Shown here: positions 1-10,183 of the stretch, piece after piece
Layout: the number at the start of each line of letters is the position of its first letter
Numbering within the stretch: position 1 is the first letter of the stretch
From: Verrucomicrobiales bacterium
Lineage (GTDB): Bacteria > Verrucomicrobiota > Verrucomicrobiia > Verrucomicrobiales > V1-33
Direction of reading: 5' to 3'
Assembly: GCA_031411295.1 (NCBI GenBank)
Contig: JANOAV010000124.1
Location: forward strand, 22,552-86,551
DNA: 64,000 nucleotides
The notes under the pieces: generated by a model
The model's input: only the letters and a program-made list of their open reading frames with translations
Database searches by the model: none
What the model was told of the DNA's origin: nothing
Position numbers and translations under genes: made by a program

Positions 1-37
1 AGGGGAGGGATAAGCTCTCGCGGAGTCTCGGGTGAGA

Positions 38-649
38 TTAGCGGGAGTAAAGTTCGACGATCAGTTGCTCGTTGACGAGCGGATCGATTTCTTCACGGGA
101 AGGAATCCGCACCACGGTGCCGGTGAGCTTGTCGCGATCCACGCTGACCCACTCAGGAGTCGGCACGGCTTGCGTCAGGTCCACTGCGCGTTGGCCAAGT
201 TGTTGGCTGCGGGCGGTTTCTTTGAGGGTGATGACATCACCAGGCTTGCACTGGTAGCTCGGGATGTTGACCTTGCCACCGTTGACGCGGACGTGGCCAT
301 GGCCGACGTATTGCCGGGAGGCATTGCGGCTGTTGGCGAAACCGAGGCGGTAAACGACGTTGTCCAAGCGGAGTTCCAGCATTTGGAGCAAGATTTCACC
401 GGTAACGCCCTTGCGGCGTTGGGCTTCTGCGAAGAAGCGGCGGAAAGGCTTTTCCAACATACCGTATTGGTAGCGGAGCTTTTGCTTTTCACCGAGAGCG
501 ATACAGTAGTCGCTTTGCTTTTTACGGCCACTGCGGGCACCGTGTTGGCCGGGGCCGAAGGCGCGGCGTTCAAGGGCTTTGGTAGGGCCAAAAATGGCGA
601 CTCCGAAGCGGCGGCTGATTTTGTCTTTGGGCCCAGTATAACGTGCCAT
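38..649 (-). CDS. rpsD: 30S ribosomal protein uS4
   Basis: MARYTGPK..RRFG N-terminus, LELRLDNVVYRLG and C-terminal EQLIVELYSR; no Cys zinc motif; follows rpsK. Confidence 0.98.
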   Translation of the reverse strand: MARYTGPKDKISRRFGVAIFGPTKALERRAFGPGQHGARSGRKKQSDYCIALGEKQKLRYQYGMLEKPFRRFFAEAQRRKGVTGEILLQMLELRLDNVVYRLGFANSRNASRQYVGHGHVRVNGGKVNIPSYQCKPGDVITLKETARSQQLGQRAVDLTQAVPTPEWVSVDRDKLTGTVVRIPSREEIDPLVNEQLIVELYSR

Positions 650-696
650 GATTTAAGAGAGGGTAAGTGAGTAAGGGAGTTTAAAAATAAAGAGGA

Positions 697-1296
697 CTAG
701 ACGCGACGGGCCTTGGGTGGACGGCATCCGTTGTGGGGGATGGGGGTCACGTCGTTAATGATGGTGACATCGATCCCGATGGCTTGGACCGCACGAACGG
801 CGGACTCACGACCTGAACCAGGACCTTTGACGCGCACTTCGGCTTCGCGCATGCCATGGCCCATGGCTTGGCGGCAAGCGTCTTGGGAGACGAGTTGGGC
901 GGCATAGGCGGTGGATTTCCGGCTGCCTTTGAAGCCCATCTTGCCAGCGCTGCTCCAACCGATCACGTTGCCGCGAACGTCGGTCACGGAAACGATGGTG
1001 TTGTTGAAAGAGGCCAGCACGTTGACGACGCCAACGGTGATGTTCTTGCTGCCCTTGAGCTTGACGATCTTGACTTTTTCTTCGTCAGGATTGAGCAATT
1101 GCTGAGCGTCTTTAGGGGCTTCATGCACTGGAGGCGCGGCAGCAGCAGCATCGGCAGCGGCTTTGGCGGCTTTGGCGCCCTTGACTTTCGTTGGTTTAGC
1201 TTCGGCTGCGGCGGGTGCGGCAGCGGCAGGGGCTGCCGTCTCAGCGACGGGAGCAGGTGTTGGTTCAGCGGCGGGCTGGATAGTTTCGTCGGCCAT
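697..1296 (-). CDS. rpsK: 30S ribosomal protein uS11 with a long Ala/Pro/Lys-rich N-terminal extension
   Basis: [49 protein letters not shown]. Confidence 0.97.
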   Translation of the reverse strand: MADETIQPAAEPTPAPVAETAAPAAAAPAAAEAKPTKVKGAKAAKAAADAAAAAPPVHEAPKDAQQLLNPDEEKVKIVKLKGSKNITVGVVNVLASFNNTIVSVTDVRGNVIGWSSAGKMGFKGSRKSTAYAAQLVSQDACRQAMGHGMREAEVRVKGPGSGRESAVRAVQAIGIDVTIINDVTPIPHNGCRPPKARRV

Positions 1297-1346
1297 AATA
1301 GGATTCGGGAGGAAGGTTGAGGAGAGAGGTGGGCTCGACTTAAGGA

Positions 1347-1727
1347 TTATTTACCCTTGGCGCGTTGCACGCCGACGGTCTTCCGCTTGCCCTTGCGAGT
1401 GCGGGCATTGGTGTGAGTGCGCTGACCACGAACGGGCAGGCCCTTACGATGACGCAGCCCACGGTAGCAGTTGATTTGCTGGAGGCGCTTGAGATTGATT
1501 TGAATATCCCGGCGGAGATCGCCTTCAACCACATAATTATTCGCTTGGATATTAGCGATAATGGCTCCGAGTTGCTCATTGGTCAGCTCACCAGCACGAG
1601 TGTTGGGGTTGATATTCGTTTGCTCAAGGATCTTCTTGGCCAAACTGGGGCCAATGCCGTAGATGTAGGGAAGAGCAGCTTCGACGCGCTTTTCGTTGGG
1701 AATATCGATACCGAGGAGACGGGCCAT
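1347..1727 (-). CDS. rpsM: 30S ribosomal protein uS13
   Basis: [41 protein letters not shown]. Confidence 0.98.
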   Translation of the reverse strand: MARLLGIDIPNEKRVEAALPYIYGIGPSLAKKILEQTNINPNTRAGELTNEQLGAIIANIQANNYVVEGDLRRDIQINLKRLQQINCYRGLRHRKGLPVRGQRTHTNARTRKGKRKTVGVQRAKGK

Positions 1728-1769
1728 GTTGAATTAGTGTCTGGAGGTTGGGTGGGAGAGGAAAACGAA

Positions 1770-1883
1770 TTAACCCTGACGTTGTTTATGACGTGGGTTT
1801 TTGCAAATAATACGCACGACGCCTTCCCGACGGATGATCCGGCAGGAATCGCAAAGTTTCTTAACAGAGGGTCTGACTTTCAT
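1770..1883 (-). CDS. rpmJ: 50S ribosomal protein bL36 (zinc-ribbon form)
   Basis: [37 protein letters not shown]; true ATG at 1883 inside the longer ORF call. Confidence 0.97.
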   Translation of the reverse strand: MKVRPSVKKLCDSCRIIRREGVVRIICKNPRHKQRQG

Positions 1884-2021
1884 GGCAAAAAAAATGGAGG
1901 GTGAGGGTGCCCGGAGGGCGATGTAGTGGGAGTTGCGGTGCGCGTGGGAAGTGGGCAACCAAGCCCGCTTTTCGGTGACGAAACGCATCCATCCGCTTGG
2001 TGCTGACCAGCGGGGGGCGGG

Positions 2022-2050
2022 ATTCTTACCACACCCGACAACTCGCGCAA
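2022..2050 (-). promoter_or_regulatory. putative sigma70 promoter of rpmJ-rpsM-rpsK-rpsD
   Basis: TTGCGC-17 nt-AAGAAT on the minus strand, upstream of rpmJ. Confidence 0.45.
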
Positions 2051-2119
2051 GAGGAAAATGCCAATTCTCATTTAGATTTTCTTTTAATGGCTGTGTAGTA
2101 TCAATCAAACAGAAATATT

Positions 2120-3304
2120 CTACGGCTTTTCCACCACCACGACGCGTCCATCGCCAGGCTTTGCGACGCCATAACCCAGCGGGGTTCCGTCCTCTTCCGT
2201 AATCAGCCACACGTGGCCGGGACGGGTATGCTGAATGGAAACGAACTTACCGCGCAGAGTCCCATGAGGGACTAAATTTCCCGCAGGGTCCACCCAGGAC
2301 AGGCTGAGTTCCCGGTCGGTGGCGTTGGCGATGATGAGGCTGCAGTCTTTGCCCTCAGGATTCGTGGAGGCGGGTGGTTTGCCGTCCTTTCCCAGTGGAT
2401 TCCAAGCCACTGGGAGCAGACCTGACGGCTGAAGGGAAGGATTGGAGAGTGCTTTCTCGGTCCATTGTTCCAATTCGTTTGGCCAGGAGAATTTGGGTGC
2501 TTGGGAGAACTCCCAGCCAGCAAAATGTTCCAGCACGGCACGCTGCTCTGGTCGTTGATAGCGCCATTCCTTGTCGCCAAAGACTTCCTCGCAGAGTTTG
2601 GCCAGGGCGGGGTCATATTCCTTTAATTCCGCCCGGGTATTGACGTGGTTATGATCATGGTCATTTTCGCGATTGGTATCAAACCAACTCTGAGCCCCTT
2701 CGGCCCAATACTCGGCGTGGTTCACGCTGGCGTATTTTCCTTTCCAGAGGCCGGCCGCCGCAGCCGTCTTGTAGGTTCTCTGGAGTCGCTTATCGAACGT
2801 GGGATCCGTTAGGTTGAGTCCCATCTGGTGAATCGCGTGGCTGAATTCGTGGATGAGAATGTTCTCAGTGCCGTAGGGGTCTCCGGGAAGACAGAGTAAA
2901 TTTTCCGCTCCACAGGTGACGGCAGGACGATCCGGGGAGGCTCCCAAGCCGCGGGCGCGACGGTCCCAATAGCGGGCGGGGACCAGGGAGGCGTGCTCAG
3001 GGATGGCGGTGGTGTATTCATCCTGCGCCATGATGGCGAAACGAACTTTCTGCTGGGCCATGGCGGCCAGGACGGGGGAGTCGGGGTCGAGCATGTGGCC
3101 AATCAGCCAAGCGGCCTCCAGCAACGCCCGGTCCTCCGTGCGGCGGGTGGCGACGACGGGAAGTTTCCCCACGAGGACGCACTTGGTGTAGGCGGCATCC
3201 AGTTTGAAATCAGCCACCACTTCAGGCGATGGTGGTGCCACCACCGCGGACGCAGCTGGCAGCAAGGAAAGACTGAGCAGAAGAAGAAAGAAGGGAAGGC
3301 GCAT
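2120..3304 (-). CDS. secreted HExxH zinc metallopeptidase-like protein with C-terminal VHL-beta-like domain
   Basis: signal peptide; HEFSHAIH followed by [10 protein letters not shown]-terminal [19 protein letters not shown] resembles the VHL beta domain. Confidence 0.7.
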   Translation of the reverse strand: MRLPFFLLLLSLSLLPAASAVVAPPSPEVVADFKLDAAYTKCVLVGKLPVVATRRTEDRALLEAAWLIGHMLDPDSPVLAAMAQQKVRFAIMAQDEYTTAIPEHASLVPARYWDRRARGLGASPDRPAVTCGAENLLCLPGDPYGTENILIHEFSHAIHQMGLNLTDPTFDKRLQRTYKTAAAAGLWKGKYASVNHAEYWAEGAQSWFDTNRENDHDHNHVNTRAELKEYDPALAKLCEEVFGDKEWRYQRPEQRAVLEHFAGWEFSQAPKFSWPNELEQWTEKALSNPSLQPSGLLPVAWNPLGKDGKPPASTNPEGKDCSLIIANATDRELSLSWVDPAGNLVPHGTLRGKFVSIQHTRPGHVWLITEEDGTPLGYGVAKPGDGRVVVVEKP

Positions 3305-3353
3305 GTTAGTTTAAAAGTGAAGACAAAGGGAAGATGGCGAGAGCCAGACAAAG

Positions 3354-3390
3354 CAAAACCGCCCAGGAAATTCATCCGTGGGCGGTTTTG
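3354..3390 (-). terminator. intrinsic terminator after rplS
   Basis: CAAAACCGCCCA...TGGGCGGTTTTG inverted repeat with T-rich arm end. Confidence 0.7.
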
Positions 3391-3416
3391 ATAAACTGCA
3401 TTGGCGCAGCCGCAAA

Positions 3417-3779
3417 TTATGCGGTGGCGACTTGACGGCTCACTTCCTTGACGGTGGTGGCGTCCTTGCCCAGACGGGTGCGGAGGTAGTTGAGCTTGGC
3501 GCGACGGACTTTCCCGCGCTTAGTCACTTCGACCTTGGCTACTTTGGGGGAATGGATCGGGAACACCCGCTCCACGCCTTCACCATAGGAAATCTTCCGG
3601 ACGGTGAGGTTCTGGCTGACGCCGATGCCCTGACGAGCGATGACGATGCCTGCGAAGATCTGAATCCGCTCTTTGCCGCCTTCAACAACGCGGCTGTGGA
3701 CTTTAACGGTATCACCAACGTTCACAGGGGAAACGTCGGTCTTCATTTGCTCTTGGTGGATTTTCTGGATCTTGTTCAT
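3417..3779 (-). CDS. rplS: 50S ribosomal protein bL19
   Basis: [51 protein letters not shown] at 3779. Confidence 0.97.
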   Translation of the reverse strand: MNKIQKIHQEQMKTDVSPVNVGDTVKVHSRVVEGGKERIQIFAGIVIARQGIGVSQNLTVRKISYGEGVERVFPIHSPKVAKVEVTKRGKVRRAKLNYLRTRLGKDATTVKEVSRQVATA

Positions 3780-3928
3780 AACTAAATTTGTCGGCCCTCG
3801 GGGCCATGCGGGTTGAATTAAATTAGCAGGGAAAGAAGGCAGCACGGCGGGGGCCTTCGGGTGAGGAGCGGCGGAATTAAGCTACTTCCCTGGAAAACGC
3901 AAAGAAAATTCTGCAAACTTTGCGCGCC

Positions 3929-3969
3929 AAGGAGGAATTTCCAACTGGCAAGGCCGGAAATTCCTCCTT
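3929..3969. terminator. long hairpin just downstream of the cytochrome gene; probable terminator
   Basis: AAGGAGGAATTTCC...GGAAATTCCTCCTT perfect 14-bp inverted repeat. Confidence 0.5.
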
Positions 3970-3986
3970 CCGCAAAGAATTCTCCT

Positions 3987-5912
3987 TCAGAGTGACTTCA
4001 AATATTCGATCAACTGAGCCCGTTGCGCCTCATCGAAGATGCCATATTCGTGACCGACATTGGAATTCCCGGGCTGCGCCTGGGTGTTGAAGGTGAAGTT
4101 GCCATCATTGACCAGTCCTACATGCTTGGGATCGAATTCCCGGCTGCCGACCTTGAATGCTTTGAGGCGCTCAGCCGCTGGCTTCAGCAATTCATCCAGG
4201 TTGAGGACGGAGCCATTGTGCAAGTAGGGTGCAGTGGCCCAGATCCCATTGAGCGGGCGGCCTTTGTAGGCCAGAATCACGGTGGCTTCAGGGCCGTCAC
4301 CTATCGCGAGTTGGGCGACTTTCTCCACCTCACCTTCGACTTTGGTGAATTTTTCCCTCAATGCGCCTGGCAGCGCTTCCACGTTCACCTTGCCATCGAC
4401 CACTGTCTCCGCACCGTTTTTCAGATCGCTCAACCCTTTGACGCTGGCGCTGTGGACCTCTCCATCGACGATTTTTACATCATTTAGAATCGTGGTAATT
4501 TTGTCATCCGCCGTCTGAATTACCGCCGCCAGATCCAGATTAAACGTTTTGTCTTGCGGGTTGATCAGGTCGTGCTTGCCCACCAGCACCCGCTGGCCCA
4601 GGTGGCTGAGGAGATTGCCAATGGGTTCCACCGCTTGGAGTTTGCGGGGAATCAAGCCTGCGGGCACGAAGATCCGTCCTGCGAACACTCCACTGCGGGC
4701 GGTGCGCGTGGCGGCATTGCGCGCCATACTGGGATCCGTCTTAACGTCATCCATTTTGGCGATGATTTTCCGGTTAGGATCGGTGCGGTTGATTTCCGCA
4801 TGGCATTTGATGCAATTGGCCGCAAATAGTTCCTTACCTTTGCTGACGAGCCCTTGGTCTAGTTTACCGAATTCTTCCGGCCATTGTGGAGACCAAAGGG
4901 CGCGGACTAAGTCTTCCAAGTCGGTCAGGCTACCCGTATTGACTGAGGATGGATACCCGCCCAGCGGTTCCTCTTGAGTCGTGGTGTCCACGTCGGCAAA
5001 GACTCCCAGGACCTCTCCCACATTGCGGCCCAGCGCTCCGATGTGGATGTTTTTGACAACCGTATTGGGAGCCGAGCCGTTCCATTGGACGCGATCGTGC
5101 TGGGGCGTATCCCACAGGAAGGGATAGCTCACGGGAGCGTCGCATCGGGTCTCGTTGTCCGGCACTTGAGCGAAGCGCACGGCTACTTCGTTGAAGATGG
5201 CGTCGAAGGCATCCAAGCGACCGGGCCCAAACTCCAACGCTTTGACCGTGGGCAAGTTGCGTCCGTTGTAGAGGGCGCGTCGATCATAAACTTCCTGCAG
5301 TTCAGCCTTCAGCGCAGCGATGGCCTCTGGTGCAGCGGCTTTCCCCAGGAGCCCAGCGGAGAACCGAGCGAACTTGGCCGCGTCATCTTTCGTGGCACTG
5401 AGGGAGGCTGCCATTTCCTTCATCATGGTGGCGGCATCCGCCAAGGTGGGAGCACCATCGATCAACCAAGCGGTTCCCTGATAGTTGATCTGTCCGATGT
5501 GGCAGGCCGCACAGGTCATTCCCAGCGCGACCCCATTTTTCACAAAACCGATGGGCAAGCCATCAGGGTTGCTGGTAGGCTCTGCGGATCGTGGCAAATA
5601 GCCGAAGGCGCGGATGTTGGCGGCATCTCGGAAGGGCTGCTCCGAGGTTGCTTGCTCCAAATGCAGCCACCACGCATAAGGCATTAGTTGGGATCCCTGA
5701 GCGGTGTCGTAAAATCTTCTGGCATCGGCATCGGTCCAATTTTGCTTCAGCACGCGGAGGCCTTTCAGTTCTGGGGCTAAGAGTAAATTGCGCCCAGATC
5801 CGTCTGCATCACTGGTGCCGCCGATGGGGGGCTTGTTCCAGAAACTAAGCCAACTGATGGCTCCGATACAAAGGAGGCTAAGGAGGCTGAGCAGGATGGT
5901 TTTAGGTTTCAT
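3987..5912 (-). CDS. exported di-heme cytochrome c, RoxA-like/di-heme peroxidase-like family
   Basis: N-terminal hydrophobic segment; CAACH and CIKCH; GPGRLDAF; YKGRPLNGIWATAPYLHNGSV; GNSNVGHEYG. Confidence 0.85.
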   Translation of the reverse strand: MKPKTILLSLLSLLCIGAISWLSFWNKPPIGGTSDADGSGRNLLLAPELKGLRVLKQNWTDADARRFYDTAQGSQLMPYAWWLHLEQATSEQPFRDAANIRAFGYLPRSAEPTSNPDGLPIGFVKNGVALGMTCAACHIGQINYQGTAWLIDGAPTLADAATMMKEMAASLSATKDDAAKFARFSAGLLGKAAAPEAIAALKAELQEVYDRRALYNGRNLPTVKALEFGPGRLDAFDAIFNEVAVRFAQVPDNETRCDAPVSYPFLWDTPQHDRVQWNGSAPNTVVKNIHIGALGRNVGEVLGVFADVDTTTQEEPLGGYPSSVNTGSLTDLEDLVRALWSPQWPEEFGKLDQGLVSKGKELFAANCIKCHAEINRTDPNRKIIAKMDDVKTDPSMARNAATRTARSGVFAGRIFVPAGLIPRKLQAVEPIGNLLSHLGQRVLVGKHDLINPQDKTFNLDLAAVIQTADDKITTILNDVKIVDGEVHSASVKGLSDLKNGAETVVDGKVNVEALPGALREKFTKVEGEVEKVAQLAIGDGPEATVILAYKGRPLNGIWATAPYLHNGSVLNLDELLKPAAERLKAFKVGSREFDPKHVGLVNDGNFTFNTQAQPGNSNVGHEYGIFDEAQRAQLIEYLKSL

Positions 5913-6141
5913 AGGTAGGATATGGGGTCGCTAGTTTTACTGCCCCGGCCTGGCTCCCAATGAACCCGACAGCACAGCTTATCTCACAATTCGCATTTTT
6001 CTGCGCAGCGTTACAAAGTTTCACGAAATTCTTATTTTGCGTGGCGAAATCTTTCCAAGCCTGTGCTTGGCGGAGTGAGTGATCGGGCATTGTTTGAGAT
6101 TGCATTGTCGCGTGATCTTCCGCATGATGCGCCCCAATTTC

Positions 6142-8460
6142 ATGACTCCTTCATCGCTCTTCCCTTATTGCCTCCTGCTGTGCTGCGCCCTCGGACTGGT
6201 CTCTTGTGACACCAAGAAGCCGGAAGCCAAGGTGAAGGCACGGCCGGACGAAACCCCGGTCGTAAAAGAAATGAACCGATTGGCCTTGGTTCATTCCCCC
6301 TTTCTCAAGAGCCACGAGACCGATCCCGTGGACTGGTATCCCTGGGGCGAAGAGGCCTTCAAACGTGCCGTGGCCGAAAACAAGCCAGTCATGGTGTGCA
6401 TCGGCTATAGCTCCTGTCCGTGGACGCTGAAAATGCAGCGGGAAACTTACACGGACCCCAAAATCGCAGGCTACCTCAACCGACATTTCATTAATGTGTT
6501 GGTGGATCGCGAAGAGCGACCAGATCTCAACAACACCTACATGCGCTACGCCTTCATCCGCAGCAATCAGAGCGGTTGGCCGCTGCATGTGTGGCTGACT
6601 CCCAAGGGGCTGCCGTGGCACACCGCGATCTATCTACCGCCGCTGACGAAAGAAGGAACGACCGGCTTCAAAACGACGATCGAACACGTCGTCAACGATT
6701 GGCAGGATCCAGCCTACGTGAATCGCGAAGCCGCTTTCCGTTTGGACGGAAGCAAGGACCAGAAAGCAGCGCTGACGGTGGACGGCCCCCGGGCCTTGAA
6801 TGATCGCCTGGGGTATCGTCAGCAATTAGCCCGGATGCAAGTGGGCGATGGGGCCTCCAAGTTGGACGCAGCGGCCTTCGACTTGGCCTACGATAAATTC
6901 AACGCGGCCTATGATCCGGCGTATGGCGGCTTCAGCGGAGCCCCCAAATTCCACCAAGCGACGGTGATCGAATGGTTGATGGAATACGCTTCCGTGAAAA
7001 AGCGCTCGGCCTACGGGCGCTCCGACCGCGCCCGCGTGATGGCCACCAACAGTTTGGAGAAGCTGGCCAACGGAGCGCTGCAGGACCAGTTGGGAGGCGG
7101 ATTTCATCGCTATTGCGTCGATTCAGCCTGGACTGTGCCCCAATTCGAAAAAATGCTCTTCGATCAAGGTTATCTGGCCCAGGCCTTCCTGCATGCCGGA
7201 ATGCTCACCAAGAAGTCTGAGTTCCTCGAAGTAGCGCGACGCACCTTGGATTATGTCGAGGCGGAATTGAACAACCCAGCGGGTGGATTTTATTGCGCGG
7301 AGAATTGTTTCAGTTCGCTGGCGGTGGGGGAGTGGGAAGGGGCATATTACCTGTGGACCAAGGCTGAGATCGATCAGCTAGTGGGGCCGGAACTGGCTCC
7401 CGTGATGGCTCAGATGTATGCGCTGACAGACAGCGGTAATTTGCCGGTGGAGCTGATGCAAATTCAGACTCAACGATTCCCCGGGCAAAATATTCTCCGT
7501 CTGGCCAAGCCGCTGGCAGAGGTGGCCAAAACGCTGAATCTGCCGTTGGAGAAAGTTTCCGCCATGGCGGCCGAGGGCAACGCCAAATTGCTCAACGCCC
7601 GCCGCATGCGACTGCGGCCGCTGCGTGATGAGAAAGTTCTGCCCGCTTGGAATGCAGTCATGATCTCCGCTTTCCTGGAAGGGGCCACGCAATTGGATCA
7701 GCCGAATTACTTGAAACGAGCCGTCAAAGCGGCCGAGTTCACCTACACCTCATTCCTCCATGCCGACTACACGCGGCCCCGGTTTGCCGAAGACTATGCG
7801 CTGCTGATCAAGGCCATGCTGGACTTCTATGAGACCACGGGCGAGGCCACCTGGCTGGAGCGGGCCGTCACCCTGCAAGGTCGAATGGATAAGGAATTGT
7901 GGGATACCGCCGGAGGGGGCTACTGGGATGGTCCCACCGATCCGAACCTCTTCATCGCCATGAAATCAAGCGATGAAGCCAGTGAGTTCGCGCCCAACGC
8001 TACAGCAGCCGCCAATCTGGTTCGCTTGTCCCGTTTGTTGGGAGATGCTAGTTACCGGCAGCGGGCCGGCTCCACGCTCAATGCCTTTGCAGGCGAGACC
8101 ACCGCCGCCCCGCCGAAAGGTGTCACCACTCCCGCGGGTCCCGCCACCCACGTGCGCATGCTGGGCGCCTATGACCTCTACAGCCGCCCTGGCTGTCAGT
8201 TCCTGCTTTGCGGGAAACCAAGCGACCCCGCCATCCAAGCGTTCCAAGCCATCCTGCTGAAAAATTACCGCCCCAACTCTTACGTCCTTTACTTGGACGG
8301 CGGTCCCAGCGAGTCCCTGCTGAAAGCATCTAACAAAGAACTAAGCGCGCTGAAGCCCGAGGGTGACAAGCCCTTGCTCGTAGTGGCCAGAAATTTCAAA
8401 TCAGAGAAGGTCCTCACCTCACCTGAGGAACTGAAGGCATTTTTGGCAGAGGAGTTTTGA
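6142..8460 (+). CDS. YyaL/SPATA20-like (DUF255) thioredoxin plus alpha/alpha-barrel protein, predicted lipoprotein
   Basis: [54 protein letters not shown]; lipobox LVSC; start could also be 6124. Confidence 0.85.
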   Translation: MTPSSLFPYCLLLCCALGLVSCDTKKPEAKVKARPDETPVVKEMNRLALVHSPFLKSHETDPVDWYPWGEEAFKRAVAENKPVMVCIGYSSCPWTLKMQRETYTDPKIAGYLNRHFINVLVDREERPDLNNTYMRYAFIRSNQSGWPLHVWLTPKGLPWHTAIYLPPLTKEGTTGFKTTIEHVVNDWQDPAYVNREAAFRLDGSKDQKAALTVDGPRALNDRLGYRQQLARMQVGDGASKLDAAAFDLAYDKFNAAYDPAYGGFSGAPKFHQATVIEWLMEYASVKKRSAYGRSDRARVMATNSLEKLANGALQDQLGGGFHRYCVDSAWTVPQFEKMLFDQGYLAQAFLHAGMLTKKSEFLEVARRTLDYVEAELNNPAGGFYCAENCFSSLAVGEWEGAYYLWTKAEIDQLVGPELAPVMAQMYALTDSGNLPVELMQIQTQRFPGQNILRLAKPLAEVAKTLNLPLEKVSAMAAEGNAKLLNARRMRLRPLRDEKVLPAWNAVMISAFLEGATQLDQPNYLKRAVKAAEFTYTSFLHADYTRPRFAEDYALLIKAMLDFYETTGEATWLERAVTLQGRMDKELWDTAGGGYWDGPTDPNLFIAMKSSDEASEFAPNATAAANLVRLSRLLGDASYRQRAGSTLNAFAGETTAAPPKGVTTPAGPATHVRMLGAYDLYSRPGCQFLLCGKPSDPAIQAFQAILLKNYRPNSYVLYLDGGPSESLLKASNKELSALKPEGDKPLLVVARNFKSEKVLTSPEELKAFLAEEF

Positions 8461-8624
8461 TTCAGCTGCGAAGGCGGGCGTGCCCCTGTTGCTTGGCTGG
8501 GATAACGGTTGCGCGTTGTCACCTCGACCTAAATTGCCAAGCCCCTAACATCCACCTGATTCGATTTAACTTGTGACCGCCGTGAATTCCCGCTAGCTTT
8601 TTCAAAATCCGATCCACATCACTC

Positions 8625-9000
8625 ATGGAATTTTATTACACCGATCCTGCGGGACAAGCCGTCGGCCCTGTCAGTCAGGAACAGCTGCAAGCTCTGCTGC
8701 AAACTGGAGGCGGCAATCCCCGCCCCTCCTCGTGAGCGAGGTGAGGTGCCAGACAAAATCAAATGGCTGGCTCACATCATGTTGATCACTTCAGCCATCT
8801 CCACTTTTGCGACCATTGGCATGATTGTCATGTTGATTTGGTTTGGAGCGTCCTCCAAGCGCTTGGTCCGTTTCCCCACCTATGAACAACTTCACCTCGT
8901 GGCAAAACGGCAGCGTGGGCTGTGGATCTGCATCGGGATGTATTGCTTGTGCACCCTCATCTCCCTAGCTTTCTTTGCGATCGGCACGCTGCGAGTGTGA
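8625..9000 (+). pseudogene. frameshifted GYF_2(DUF4339)-like membrane protein
   Basis: 8625-8735 reads MEFYYTDPAGQAVGPVSQEQLQALLQTG (GYF_2-like N-half); a second frame carries AAIPAPP plus two hydrophobic helices to the stop at 9000. Confidence 0.55.
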
Positions 9001-9055
9001 TGTCGCTCACGCAGCGTTGAAATCTGGTTGGAACCCCTTGGCTAGGGCGGGTTTT

Positions 9056-10081
9056 TCAATTTGCTCCTGAGGAGGTTGGGGCTTCCTCCAGCATTTTCCT
9101 GGCTTCGGCCATTTGGTCTTTCGTGAGAATTTCCTTGAGGGCATCGCGTTTGCTGGCGGCTTCAGGAATGGCGAGGGCGGCCCGGGCGTAGTTTACGTAG
9201 GCGTAAACGGGGTTCTTGCTGGTGCTGAGACCTTCTTCGAAGAGGTGGGCCAACCCCATTTGCGCAATGGGGAAATTGAGTTTCGCTGCGCGAGCGTAGG
9301 CGGCTCCGGCATTAGCGTAACTCTGTGGGATGCCGACGCCATTTTCATAGCACAAGGCTAGGTTGACCATGGCGGGGAGGTTGCCCAGATCGGCGGCGGC
9401 ATGATAGTAGCCGACAGCCGCAATTTGGTCCCGCTCCACCCCGCGTCCATTTTGCAGGCACACGGCGGCTTCATTGAGCGCCAGCGGGAAACCGAGCTTG
9501 GCAGATTTGGAGACTAACTTCCAACCCGCCTGAGGATCCACCGGCACCCCCTGGCCGCTGAAATGCAGCATGCCCAAGCGGCAGAGGGCTTCGGGTTCAT
9601 TTTGCTCGGCTGCTTTCTTCAGCCATTCCACTGGAGCGGAGAAACTAACGTCACGCGCTTTGAGATCCACTTCGCCTAACAGCATCAGACCGTAAGCGGT
9701 CTGAGCGAGCGCAGAACCGCTTTCGGCCGCTTGTTGGACGACGAATTTAGCGCGCTCTGGATCCGGTTTGCGGCCGGGGGTATCGCTGAGGAGAAATCGA
9801 GCGAACGCTAATTGAGCGGGCACGTGGCCGGCATCGGCTGATTTCTCTAACAGACTGGCAGCCTCTTCGAGTTTACCCATTTTCGCTCCGCCGGAGAAAA
9901 TCAACGTTGCTAGGGAAAACTGCGCAGCGGCATCGCCTTTGTCGGCTAGCTTGCGGAGTTCGGCTGCATCGGGAGCTTTGACGGGTTCTGCTGCTGGCTT
10001 GGGTTCGGCGTGACAGGTGATGGTTAGCAGAAGCAGCGCCAGAGTGCTGGGGCGGAGGAATTTTAGGACGGGAGGATTCAT
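9056..10081 (-). CDS. secreted Sel1-like repeat protein
   Basis: signal peptide; repeated A..G...AQ..L/YENGVG Sel1 motifs. Confidence 0.9.
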   Translation of the reverse strand: MNPPVLKFLRPSTLALLLLTITCHAEPKPAAEPVKAPDAAELRKLADKGDAAAQFSLATLIFSGGAKMGKLEEAASLLEKSADAGHVPAQLAFARFLLSDTPGRKPDPERAKFVVQQAAESGSALAQTAYGLMLLGEVDLKARDVSFSAPVEWLKKAAEQNEPEALCRLGMLHFSGQGVPVDPQAGWKLVSKSAKLGFPLALNEAAVCLQNGRGVERDQIAAVGYYHAAADLGNLPAMVNLALCYENGVGIPQSYANAGAAYARAAKLNFPIAQMGLAHLFEEGLSTSKNPVYAYVNYARAALAIPEAASKRDALKEILTKDQMAEARKMLEEAPTSSGAN

Positions 10082-10183
10082 TGGTAACGAAGGGATGCGG
10101 GGGTGTGGGCTTGGGCTGGTTGACAGGTGGATGGAAAAGTTGCTTCTTTCAAGTTTACTTCTTTCATATTTGACCCGGGAACT

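Noticed and set aside
32..1904. Plus-strand ORFs over the ribosomal protein genes
   Set aside because: Antisense shadows of well-recognised minus-strand genes
1884..2210. N-terminally extended rpmJ (146-aa ORF call)
   Set aside because: Canonical bL36 starts at 1883; the extension spans the promoter and overlaps the upstream gene
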